From NCBI GenBank assembly GCA_050944155.1, contig JBMNQN010000018.1:1-16245 (forward strand): a stretch of 16,245 nucleotides of DNA, given 5' to 3'. The notes beneath the pieces are model-generated. The model searched no databases. It saw nothing but the letters and a program-made list of their open reading frames with translations, and was not told where the DNA came from. Within the stretch, counting starts at the first letter, position 1, and each line of letters begins with the position of its first letter. Positions 1 to 7,716 of the stretch are shown in pieces. A program made the translations under genes and the position numbers. Source of the stretch: Candidatus Methanomethylophilaceae archaeon. GTDB taxonomy: Archaea > Thermoplasmatota > Thermoplasmata > Methanomassiliicoccales > Methanomethylophilaceae.

Positions 1-180
1 CTGACAACCATACTTCTGACCACCGCCCTGATATTCATATTCGGAGGAGTGGCTGCGGCGGAAGGAGAAGACATCTGGGTGCTTATGCAGGGTATAGCCG
101 CGATAGCAAACTTTGCTCTGGCTCTTTACCTGGCATTCTCTCTCGTCAAGGCGGAATGCGACGGAACCTGCTCGGAATAA
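1..180 (+). CDS. 3' end of a membrane protein, probably acetate/succinate uptake family (SatP/YaaH/GPR1-FUN34); 5'-truncated by the window edge
   Basis: Frame 1 is open to TAA at 178-180: LTTILLTTALIFIFGGVAAAEGEDIWVLMQGIAAIANFALALYLAFSLVKAECDGTCSE. Two hydrophobic helices with a G...A.YLA pattern resemble SatP TM5-6. Followed by a hairpin. Confidence 0.6.
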   Translation: MTTILLTTALIFIFGGVAAAEGEDIWVLMQGIAAIANFALALYLAFSLVKAECDGTCSE

Positions 181-187
181 AACCGAA

Positions 188-212
188 TTCCCCTCCCTCG
201 GGAGGGAAAAAA
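188..212 (+). terminator. Stem-loop after the first gene
   Basis: CCCTCCC-tc-GGGAGGG (191-206) flanked by TT and an A-run, just after the TAA; T-run at 224-229. Confidence 0.5.
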
Positions 213-223
213 CATCTTACCCG

Positions 224-237
224 TTTTTTAATTATAA
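224..237 (+). promoter_or_regulatory. Putative archaeal TATA box of the aro operon (probably leaderless)
   Basis: TTTTTTAATTATAA ending ~20 nt before ATG 258; no Shine-Dalgarno seen. Confidence 0.5.
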
Positions 238-257
238 GATAAACGCGATTACCGCTT

Positions 258-1265
258 ATGTCCGATATTCTCTGGATTCGGGCGGATATACCCGATTCGA
301 AAGAAGACCGCAGACTTGCGGCCGCCGATGCCGTCGCCGCAGGGATCAAATCCGTCATTGTCAGACCCGAGGATACCGACTTTGCCGAACTCGGAGCGGA
401 AAACGTTCTTTACGTTTCATACTCCGGCAGAAAGGGAGACACTCTGGTTGCCAACATCAAAACTCTGAGGGATCTCAGACGCGTTCTGTCCCGTACGGGC
501 TCATTCAGAGCCGTCGTGTTAGAGGAAACCGACAATTCGGTGATACCCCTGGAAAACATCATCGCGGTCTTTTCCGGCTCCGGAATCCGCGTTCTTGTCG
601 AAGTTTCCGATGCGGACAGAGCAAAAGTATGCATTAACGCGCTGGAAGTGGGTGCAGACGGTCTCGTAATACGGAACCCGTCGCAGGCGGCGGAAATTTC
701 GGAACTCACGAAACCCCCTCAGACGATTCCGCTGTCCGAAGTCAGAGTAACGGAAACCAAAATCACGGAGGCGGGAGACAGGTCATGCATCGATACGATA
801 TCTGTCATGAATCCCTCAGAAGGCATGCTAATCGGGTCCCAGTCGTCCTGTCTTTTCCTTGTGGCTTCCGAATCGGAAAACAACGATTTCATTAACAGCA
901 GACCCTTCAGAGTCAACGCCGGAGCCGTTCATTCCTACGTTCTCGTACCTGACGGAATGACCCGTTACATAAGCGAAATTTCCGCTGGAGACTCTGCCCT
1001 CATAGTCTCTAAAGAGGGTACTTCCAGAAAAACCACCGTCGGACGTTCCAAAACCGAACGCCGTCCGCTGATTATGATAAAGGCTTCGGACGGAAAGAAC
1101 GATTACAACGTGATTCTTCAGTATGCGGAAACCGTAAAACTCATCGGACCTAAGGGTAACATTCCCGTCACTTCCCTGAAAGAAGGAGACGTTGTCCTGG
1201 CGCATCTTTCTTCCGCGGGAAGGCACTGCGGTATACCCGTGGACGAATCGGTGATCGAAAAATGA
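258..1265 (+). CDS. aroB': 3-dehydroquinate synthase II (archaeal-type)
   Basis: 335 aa with family motifs VIPLENIIA, LEVGADG, GDRSCIDT, EGMLIGS, SRPFRVNAGAVHSY, GRSKTERRPL, LQYAET and C-terminal GRH.G..V.E...EK. Confidence 0.93.
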   Translation: MSDILWIRADIPDSKEDRRLAAADAVAAGIKSVIVRPEDTDFAELGAENVLYVSYSGRKGDTLVANIKTLRDLRRVLSRTGSFRAVVLEETDNSVIPLENIIAVFSGSGIRVLVEVSDADRAKVCINALEVGADGLVIRNPSQAAEISELTKPPQTIPLSEVRVTETKITEAGDRSCIDTISVMNPSEGMLIGSQSSCLFLVASESENNDFINSRPFRVNAGAVHSYVLVPDGMTRYISEISAGDSALIVSKEGTSRKTTVGRSKTERRPLIMIKASDGKNDYNVILQYAETVKLIGPKGNIPVTSLKEGDVVLAHLSSAGRHCGIPVDESVIEK

Positions 1266-2554
1266 CCCGTCTGTGTGCCGTACTTCCCTCCGAAAAACAT
1301 ATCGGAGAGGCGAAGAAAGCGGACATGGCGGAAATACGAACCGACATTTTCGGAGAGATGCCCAATATATCCGGGCAGGAAACCGTCATAGCTCTGAGAG
1401 GCGGGAACTTCAAAATTCCAGACGGTTACGACGGTTACGTCGATTCCGAAGAACCGCTGCATGGTTACGCTGGAAAAACCATTGCATCGGTTCACGATTA
1501 CGAAAAAACACCCCCGGCAGAAAAAATAATTTCGGAGCTTTCTTCGAAGAAAGGCGATATCGTCAAAGGCGCATATGCGGCGAAGTATTTTGCCGATTTA
1601 AACAGTATTTTCGAAGTGTCCCGGGAACTGAAACGTCCTCACATTCTCATAGGAATGGGAGAAACCGGAAAAATCACCCGCGTAAGATCCGAATTGCTGG
1701 GAAACGAAATTACCTATTGTCATATGGGCACCCCCTCGGCCGAAGGTCAGTTTTCTTTACCGGAAGCTCTTAAATTCGATGAAAATACAGTTGTTTTGGG
1801 ATTAATCGGAAATCCTCTCGGCCGTTCCCTGTCGGAAAAAATGCAAACGGCGGCAATAGAAAAATCCGGATATAACGCCGTTTACTTAAAATTCGAAGTT
1901 ACAAACTTGAACGGATTTGCGGATACGGTAAGAAACTACGATATCCGCGGACTCAACGTAACGATTCCGTACAAAACCGAAATAATCGAACATCTCGACG
2001 CTCTGAATCCTGCTGCGGAAGAAATCGGCGCCGTAAACACAGTGGTAAACGATTCCGGAAAACTGACGGGATTCAATACGGACATCGACGGCATGGAAAA
2101 AGCGTTCTCTCTGCGGAACGCCGTTCCTCACGGAAAAGTTTTGATAATGGGTACGGGCGGAACCGCGAGAACCGCAATAAGATATTTCAGAAATTACGGA
2201 TGCGAAATTTATGTTTCGTCGAGAAATCCCTCGGGCACGGCGGATTTCCGCAGAGAAACCCAATCTTCTTTGTACGGCGGTGAAAGCATAAAGAATTTCG
2301 ACGTTATAGCGAACTGCACGCCCATGGGAATGTACGCCCCCGCCGAATATCCCTTTGATGTACACGGCATAAATGAAAATCATATTGTTTTCGATGCGGT
2401 ATACGGAATCAGAACGCCTCTGATTGCAGCCGCGGAGCGTGCCGGTGCCGAAGCCGTGTACGGAGAGGATATGCTTGCGGGGCAGGGAGCCGCTTCCTTC
2501 GCCCTATGGACGGGAGTCGGAAATATGTTCGGAACCATGAGGGATGCGTTATGA
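1262..2554 (+). CDS. aroDE: Bifunctional type I 3-dehydroquinate dehydratase / shikimate dehydrogenase (AroD-AroE fusion)
   Basis: N-terminal ~170 aa carry AroD motifs (ADMAEIRTD, IASVHDY, DIVK, GMGETGKITR, SAEGQ). C-terminal part carries AroE motifs (GLIGNP..SLS, GLNVTIPYK, GAVNT, GFNTD, GTGGTA, NCTPMGM). ATGA overlap with the upstream gene. Confidence 0.9.
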   Translation: MTRLCAVLPSEKHIGEAKKADMAEIRTDIFGEMPNISGQETVIALRGGNFKIPDGYDGYVDSEEPLHGYAGKTIASVHDYEKTPPAEKIISELSSKKGDIVKGAYAAKYFADLNSIFEVSRELKRPHILIGMGETGKITRVRSELLGNEITYCHMGTPSAEGQFSLPEALKFDENTVVLGLIGNPLGRSLSEKMQTAAIEKSGYNAVYLKFEVTNLNGFADTVRNYDIRGLNVTIPYKTEIIEHLDALNPAAEEIGAVNTVVNDSGKLTGFNTDIDGMEKAFSLRNAVPHGKVLIMGTGGTARTAIRYFRNYGCEIYVSSRNPSGTADFRRETQSSLYGGESIKNFDVIANCTPMGMYAPAEYPFDVHGINENHIVFDAVYGIRTPLIAAAERAGAEAVYGEDMLAGQGAASFALWTGVGNMFGTMRDAL

Positions 2555-3804
2555 AAATCAAATTCGGGGGAGGGGACATATCCGGAAAAGTTTCCCCACC
2601 GCCTTCCAAAAGCCATACCCACAGGGCATTTTTCATTTCGGCCATGGCGGACGGAAGAAGCACGGTCCAGAACTCTCTGATTTCCGAAGATACCGTTTCC
2701 ACTCTGAAGGCATGTGAAGCGATCGGCGTCTCATGCATAGAAGAAGCGGGTCAGATGTTCATCGACGGCGGACGCATTCATGCCCCGTCCGAACCGATTT
2801 ATGCGGGAAATTCCGGAACGACTATGAGAATAATCACCGGAATATGTTCCTTGTTCGAAGAAGAATCGGTAATCACGGGAGACGGTTCCCTCAGCAGAAG
2901 GCCCATGAAACCGCTTTTGGATTCCCTGGAACGTCTGGGTGTGAAATGCGGTTCCGCCGGAGGGTTTCCTCCGATTTCCGTTGCCGGGCCGAATAAGGGC
3001 GGACAAACGACAACAGAGGGAAATTTCAGCTCACAGTTCACGACGTCTCTGATGATGTGCGCGCCTCTCGCGGAAAACGATACGGAAATAACCGTCGTCG
3101 GAAGACAGGTTTCCGCTCCTTACGTGGACATGACGGCGGATATGATGCGCCACTTCGGAGCTTTCGTGGAAAAAGAGGGTAAAACCGTCAGAGTGAAAGG
3201 GGGAACGGGATACAAACCGAAAGATGTAGTCATACCTGCGGATCTTTCGTCCGCCGCGTACCCGCTTATCGCCGGAGCTCTCGGGGGCAACGTTTCCGTT
3301 TCCGGACTGAAGGTTTCCGATTCCGGCGTTTTACTCGGAATTCTGGAGAATGCGGGTGCGGAAGTATCCGTGAGAGAAAATACGATTACGGTAAGCCGCG
3401 GAGGACATATTCTTCCGCTCGACGTCGACATGTCCGACGTCCCCGATCTGTTTCCCGCCGTCGCGGTACTGCTGAGTACTGCGGAAGGAACCAGCAGGCT
3501 TTACGGCGCGGAGCACCTTAAGTATAAAGAAAGTAACAGAATCGAATCTACCGTCCGTATGATCAATTCTCTCGGCGGGGATGCCGTCGAAACGGAAGAC
3601 GGATGTGTGATACGCGGCAAAAAAAAGTTAAGAGGCGGTACTGTGGACACTTACGGAGATCACCGCATACTTATGTCCGCCGCGGCCGCTTCCGTCGTGT
3701 GTTCCGAACCCGTGGTGTCCGAAGACACAAACAGTTATTCGGTTTCCTATCCTTCGTTCCTTTCGGATATGGAACGCATAGGTCTCAGAGTATCCAAGTT
3801 CTGA
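2551..3804 (+). CDS. aroA: 3-phosphoshikimate 1-carboxyvinyltransferase (EPSP synthase)
   Basis: Motifs PPSKSHTHRA, GNSGTTMR, GDGSLSRRPM, SSQFTTSL, KESNRI, DHRI. Start placed at ATG 2551 (MKIKF), which overlaps the aroDE stop as ATGA, rather than at 2506. Confidence 0.95.
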   Translation: MKIKFGGGDISGKVSPPPSKSHTHRAFFISAMADGRSTVQNSLISEDTVSTLKACEAIGVSCIEEAGQMFIDGGRIHAPSEPIYAGNSGTTMRIITGICSLFEEESVITGDGSLSRRPMKPLLDSLERLGVKCGSAGGFPPISVAGPNKGGQTTTEGNFSSQFTTSLMMCAPLAENDTEITVVGRQVSAPYVDMTADMMRHFGAFVEKEGKTVRVKGGTGYKPKDVVIPADLSSAAYPLIAGALGGNVSVSGLKVSDSGVLLGILENAGAEVSVRENTITVSRGGHILPLDVDMSDVPDLFPAVAVLLSTAEGTSRLYGAEHLKYKESNRIESTVRMINSLGGDAVETEDGCVIRGKKKLRGGTVDTYGDHRILMSAAAASVVCSEPVVSEDTNSYSVSYPSFLSDMERIGLRVSKF

Positions 3805-3812
3805 TTTTTCTG

Positions 3813-3825
3813 GAAAGGTTATTAT
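3813..3825 (+). promoter_or_regulatory. Putative BRE+TATA for the downstream microprotein gene
   Basis: GAAAGG-TTATTAT ending ~22 nt before ATG 3847, preceded by a T-run directly after the aroA stop. Confidence 0.45.
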
Positions 3826-3846
3826 CCGAACCTTCTATGTCAGTTC

Positions 3847-3957
3847 ATGAAGCAGAGTACCAAAAACAAAATCTTTGCCTTGGCCGTAGTGCTCTTCATG
3901 GTCGGTGCAGCTTTTGTTACTGCTATTGCAGTGTTTTATGAAGGTTGGACGAACTAA
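3847..3957 (+). CDS. Small single-pass membrane protein, 36 aa (not in ORF track)
   Basis: MKQSTKNKIFALAVVLFMVGAAFVTAIAVFYEGWTN*: basic N-terminus, ~22-aa uninterrupted hydrophobic helix, aromatic C-terminal cap; promoter-like element upstream. Confidence 0.65.
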   Translation: MKQSTKNKIFALAVVLFMVGAAFVTAIAVFYEGWTN

Positions 3958-4082
3958 GTTAAATAATATATGTGTTAGCTTAACATACTATATTAATTAC
4001 AACATAACATGATATGCTTCATTTTTCCCATTTTTTCTTATTTTTTGGAAAATTGTGTTTTCAGGTATGCAGTGTTGAGCAG

Positions 4083-4126
4083 TGATATTAATTAAGTAAG
4101 TAGCTAAATCAACTTAATTAATATCA
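4083..4126. repeat. Perfect 15-bp inverted repeat with 14-bp spacer
   Basis: TGATATTAATTAAGT (4083-4097), spacer AAGTAGCTAAATCA, ACTTAATTAATATCA (4112-4126). Confidence 0.9.
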
Positions 4127-4356
4127 GATTATAAAAAAATGAGATATTTTGTGAATTAAATGAGATTTTTGCATTATGAATTGTGCAGTCTGCAGCGTAT
4201 TCCGATGTTTTTTCCTGATTTTTTCCGTCCGGACAGGGTGTATTTTCTCGACAGTCACAAAATTGCAAAAAAGAGTCGTTTAGTCTAGCCTTTTTGGTCT
4301 CAAAATGGTATTCCCAAGTTGATATTCGGGGAACCGTCGTGGACAGAATATAGGTG

Positions 4357-4403
4357 ATTTTTTGGAAAAAATGACATTTTTTGGAAAAAATTGCTATTTT
4401 TTG
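4357..4403. repeat. Tandem ATTTTTTGGAAAAAAT repeats, 19-20 bp period
   Basis: Exact 16-mers at 4357-4372 and 4376-4391; partial ATTTTTTG at 4396-4403; related ATTTTTTGGAAAATTG at 4040-4055. Confidence 0.7.
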
Positions 4404-4489
4404 AGATCGTTTGCAAAATTTATCGAAAAAGTGTAATTCTGATGTATTTTTGATGAAAAATCAATATAATCTAATTATTATATCAAGTA

Positions 4490-4622
4490 AAGCAACCACA
4501 TATATTTTTAATACACTTGCACAACATTCTAAAAAATAATTTAATTTCTTATGTTCAATAATATTCATCATAAGGATATTTTGTATATTCTTTATTTTAA
4601 TAGTTGGTTAAGCAATCACATA
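4490..4622 (+). repeat. Spaced direct repeat AAGCAA(C/T)CACATA
   Basis: 4490-4502 and 4610-4622, 12/13 identical, 120 bp apart. Confidence 0.55.
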
Positions 4623-4714
4623 AATTAATTTTAAATTTATAAAATATCTGATTTTTTTGTATGCAAAACCGGTTTACACGACATTCAGCGATTACCAATG
4701 TCGATCATGGTTTC

Positions 4715-4788
4715 AAAACATGCATTTTAATTTTAAAAAGTCCCTAAAAACATGCATTTTATTTTTTTAAATGTATGAAAAACATGCA
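4715..4788 (+). repeat. Three-copy direct-repeat array AAAACATGCA(TTTTA), exact 32-bp period, just upstream of the ATPase-1 promoter
   Basis: Copies start at 4715, 4747 and 4779; the first two share 15 nt, the third 10 nt. TATA-like AATAAATAT at 4814-4822. Confidence 0.85.
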
Positions 4789-4840
4789 AAATTCATTGGC
4801 CAGCACGCAAGCGAATAAATATCTATCAAGCGTTCTTTGA

Positions 4841-6193
4841 ATGATGCTCAAGAGAAAGATCTACGGACAGCTTGAAAAATGGAAATCCGACAAGAGAGGA
4901 ACATGTCTGATGATAAGGGGTCCCAGACAGGTCGGAAAAACATATGCAGTAGATCATTTCGGAAAAGAGAATTACGAAAATTATCTCCATGTCAATTTTG
5001 AGCTGCAGCCGGAAGTAAAAGAAGCGTTCTCCGGAAATTTGGATGTGGAGACCGTTACAAAGAAACTTACGGCGTATTTTCCGGATTTTATTTTCGAAGA
5101 AGGCAACACTCTGATTTTTTTTGACGAGATCCAGATGTGTCCGGAAGCCCGCACATCTCTCAAGTCATTCGCAACAGACGGCAGATATGATGTAATCGCT
5201 ACCGGATCCCTTCTGGGAATAATTTTTAAGCAGACCACTGGTACGCCGATGGGGTACGAAACTCAGGTAGATATGCATCCCCTGGATTTCGAAGAGTTTC
5301 TCTGGGCAAACGGATACAGGGAAGAATTCACCGAAGATCTGAAAGAATCGATATCGAAGAAAAAACCGCTGGGAAGCGCAATACTCTCGACAATGAATGA
5401 GAAGTTCAGAGAACATATGATTGTGGGAGGTATGCCTAAGGCAGTCGACAGGTTTGTCAAAGAAAACAGCTTCGGCGCAGCACAGGCAGCTCTCAGAGAT
5501 ATTTCCGATATGCAGAGAACCGATGTTATAAGATACAGTTCTCAGCCGGATAAGGTGAAGACGCTGGCCTGTCTGGAATCCGTTCCCGCACAGCTAACAA
5601 ACACAAATAAAAAATTTACATATGCAAACATAAACGGTGACGGAAGTGCGCCCTCTCGTAAATACGAAGGAAATCTGCTTTGGTTACACGATGCGGGAAT
5701 AATATCTTATTGCCACAACATTACCGAACCGAAAATTCCTCTGGCCTCTAAAAAAATCACAGATTCCTTTAAAATCTACATGAGGGACACTGGTCTTTTG
5801 ACACTTTCCTACGGAGATTCTGCAAGAATCGCCCTTGCCATAGGCAAAGGCGGAGAAAACAAAGCTTCTGCCAGTGAGGGAGCAATTACCGAAAACGCTG
5901 TCGCAGACATGCTTTATAAGAACAATATTCCGCTTTATTACTACAAAAAAGGCGGCAAGGAAGTGGATTTTGTCACAGAATTGGGGCTTGATACAGCCCT
6001 GATCGAAGTAAAATCCGGTTCGTACGGCAGGTTTCCTTCGTTAGATTACGTCGCTGAAAAATACGGTGCCGACAGAAGAATCGTATTAGGCTATCACGAT
6101 ATAGGTGTCGACACAGAGGGACGGGAATATTATCCTTTGTTTGCCGCCGCCTTCATAAAGTCCATGACGGACGAGAAATATGCCGGACTCTGA
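4841..6193 (+). CDS. AAA+ ATPase (AAA_14) with DUF4143 and C-terminal PD-(D/E)xK-like motif (COG1373-type)
   Basis: Walker A GPRQVGKT, Walker B IFFDEIQ, ATGS, PLDFEEF, GGMP, KIYMRDTGL, EN.V, EVDFV, IEVKSG. The start could be 4844. Confidence 0.88.
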   Translation: MMLKRKIYGQLEKWKSDKRGTCLMIRGPRQVGKTYAVDHFGKENYENYLHVNFELQPEVKEAFSGNLDVETVTKKLTAYFPDFIFEEGNTLIFFDEIQMCPEARTSLKSFATDGRYDVIATGSLLGIIFKQTTGTPMGYETQVDMHPLDFEEFLWANGYREEFTEDLKESISKKKPLGSAILSTMNEKFREHMIVGGMPKAVDRFVKENSFGAAQAALRDISDMQRTDVIRYSSQPDKVKTLACLESVPAQLTNTNKKFTYANINGDGSAPSRKYEGNLLWLHDAGIISYCHNITEPKIPLASKKITDSFKIYMRDTGLLTLSYGDSARIALAIGKGGENKASASEGAITENAVADMLYKNNIPLYYYKKGGKEVDFVTELGLDTALIEVKSGSYGRFPSLDYVAEKYGADRRIVLGYHDIGVDTEGREYYPLFAAAFIKSMTDEKYAGL

Positions 6194-6195
6194 CG

Positions 6196-7473
6196 TCAGT
6201 TCCTGAGAGCCGTAACGGGAACCACGTACACCCCGTCTTCCCGTCTGTAGGCGGCGGAAGAAAGCCCGCAGATTACGCACAATACGTCGGGCTTTTCACT
6301 GTTCCGGGTTCCTTCTATTTTTTCCTCGAATTTAATGAGGTTTTCCGCTGCCTCATCGATACGGTTGGCTCCGAGTTTTATTTCGAATGCACCCCATCTT
6401 TTGTCCGGGAGCTCCACAATGGCATCAATTTCGCGCCCTTCTCCGTCTCTGTAATGAAATACCTCGGCCCCTAAAGACTCGGCATAAACCGTCAGATCCC
6501 GTATACACATCGATTCGAAAAGAAAGCCGTAGGTGTTCAGATCCTTGGACAGTTTTTCGGGAGTGGCTCCGAGGGCCGCTGCAGCGAGGGACGGGTCGGT
6601 AAAACGTCTTTTGGGCGATTTTCCGACTCTTACGGAAGAACGCATACCCGGGTTGAAAGAAAGCTGTTTTTCTATGATATACAGGCGTTCCAGAACGTTC
6701 AGATAATCCGCTACGGTCTGTACGGATATTTTTTCCGCATCTGTTTCTTCCATGTCTTTCGCAAGGGTGCTGTTACTTACTACTGTGCATTCGTTTCGAG
6801 ATATGGATCTTACGAATGCCCGCATCTTGTTAAGGTCTCTTCTTTTACCGTCCGTTTTTACCGTGCATTCGTTCAGAATAGTCCGCAGATATTTTTTGGA
6901 CGCTTTCTGCGATTCGTAGGAACTCTTTCCGATGGTGTCAGGCCATCCGCCTCTAACCGTCAGGCCTATCATTTCTTTGAGCGTTTTTTCACCAGTAAAA
7001 CAATTCTCGAAAACGTTATCAAATAGACCTTGTAACGAAACGTCTCCCGAGGAATCTCCTGACTCATACAGAGACATGCTGCGCATCCTTATACTGCCGA
7101 TTCTTCCGGCACCGCTGTGCATTATTCCTTCGGTTTTCGGCGTCGCGGAACCGGTCAGAATGAACATTCCTTTCTCGGCATTTTCATCTACTTTGAATCT
7201 TACGGCATCCCATATCTTAGGAACTTCCTGCCATTCATCAATCAAACGAGGGGATTTTCCGTCTAAAATCAGGGCAGGATCGAGTTCTGCCATGGATTTA
7301 CTCTGTGATTTCGAATCATTGATGTACACTGCACTGTTGGCATTGTTGAGGCCTGTCCAGGTTTTTCCGCACCACTTAGGGCCCTCTATGCTCACGGCTC
7401 CGAACAATCTGAGATATCTTTCAATCTGTCCGTCAGCTATGCGCGGCATGTAATTTTTCGGTTTAAGGGACAA
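6196..7473 (-). CDS. Second AAA_14/DUF4143 ATPase, different subfamily (GPKWCGKT type)
   Basis: Y.PRI.D, Walker A GPKWCGKT, LIDEWQ, ILTGS, GGWP, KRRFTDPSL, FES, EIDAIV, FEIKLG. TTG start with GGAGGA Shine-Dalgarno at 7488-7483. Confidence 0.88.
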   Translation of the reverse strand: MSLKPKNYMPRIADGQIERYLRLFGAVSIEGPKWCGKTWTGLNNANSAVYINDSKSQSKSMAELDPALILDGKSPRLIDEWQEVPKIWDAVRFKVDENAEKGMFILTGSATPKTEGIMHSGAGRIGSIRMRSMSLYESGDSSGDVSLQGLFDNVFENCFTGEKTLKEMIGLTVRGGWPDTIGKSSYESQKASKKYLRTILNECTVKTDGKRRDLNKMRAFVRSISRNECTVVSNSTLAKDMEETDAEKISVQTVADYLNVLERLYIIEKQLSFNPGMRSSVRVGKSPKRRFTDPSLAAAALGATPEKLSKDLNTYGFLFESMCIRDLTVYAESLGAEVFHYRDGEGREIDAIVELPDKRWGAFEIKLGANRIDEAAENLIKFEEKIEGTRNSEKPDVLCVICGLSSAAYRREDGVYVVPVTALRN

Positions 7474-7508
7474 TGATTTTTATCCTCCGATTAATAATGA
7501 ATCTTACT

Positions 7509-7571
7509 AGTTAAAGGTTTTCGGAGTTTTCAGTTAAAGGTTTTCGGAGTTTTCAGTTAAAGGTTTTCGGA
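7509..7571 (-). repeat. Perfect 23-bp tandem repeat x2.7 at the ATPase-2 promoter; each unit contains a BRE/TATA-like core
   Basis: AGTTAAAGGTTTTCGGAGTTTTC at 7509-7531 and 7532-7554, plus 17 nt at 7555-7571. The minus strand reads TCCGAAAACCTTTAACT three times. Confidence 0.92.
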
Positions 7572-7716
7572 AATATATCTAAATTGCGGGGTATTTTGTT
7601 CCCATATGTTTAATCTTAAAAAATTAATGCAATAGCTTTACAGGCAATATTTTTCAATAGTAAAAAACTCGATGTACGTTTTTGTACATATTTCGGGAAA
7701 TCCGTTGTAATTCATG

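Larger units (their letters stand above)
3958..4840. other. Long, very AT-rich non-coding region with several direct and inverted repeats
   Basis: No ORF >=60 aa in the track; abundant A/T tracts against roughly balanced GC in flanking genes. Confidence 0.8.

Noticed and set aside
2506-2550. Upstream starts given by the ORF track for aroA (2506), the AlbA_2 gene (10938) and the methyltransferase (11570)
   Set aside because: The extensions overlap neighbouring genes or promoters; downstream ATGs fit translational coupling or TATA spacing better.
4455-4560. dif/Xer-like sites (ATATAA-N8-TTATATC near 4464-4484; TTATGTTCAAT at 4549-4559)
   Set aside because: The first has an 8-bp rather than 6-bp spacer and weak outer arms; the second lacks a partner arm. 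Such matches are expected in AT-rich DNA.
4694-4704. ACCAATGTCGA identical to 16050-16060
   Set aside because: An 11-mer match is expected by chance in 16 kb, and this copy lacks the left arm of the palindrome.
3958-4840. Canonical archaeal oriC
   Set aside because: No TCCA-x-TGGAAA ORB box with G-string and no orc1/cdc6 gene in the window; kept only as a weak hypothesis.
6190-6199. Palindrome CTGACGTCAG at the ATPase junction (similarly ACTGATTCAGT at 9451-9461)
   Set aside because: Largely produced by two convergent TGA stop codons.
4715-7571. Repeat arrays as mini-CRISPR arrays
   Set aside because: The 23-bp unit is tandem with no unique spacers; the 32-bp array has only 10-15 bp repeats with low-complexity spacers; no cas genes are present.
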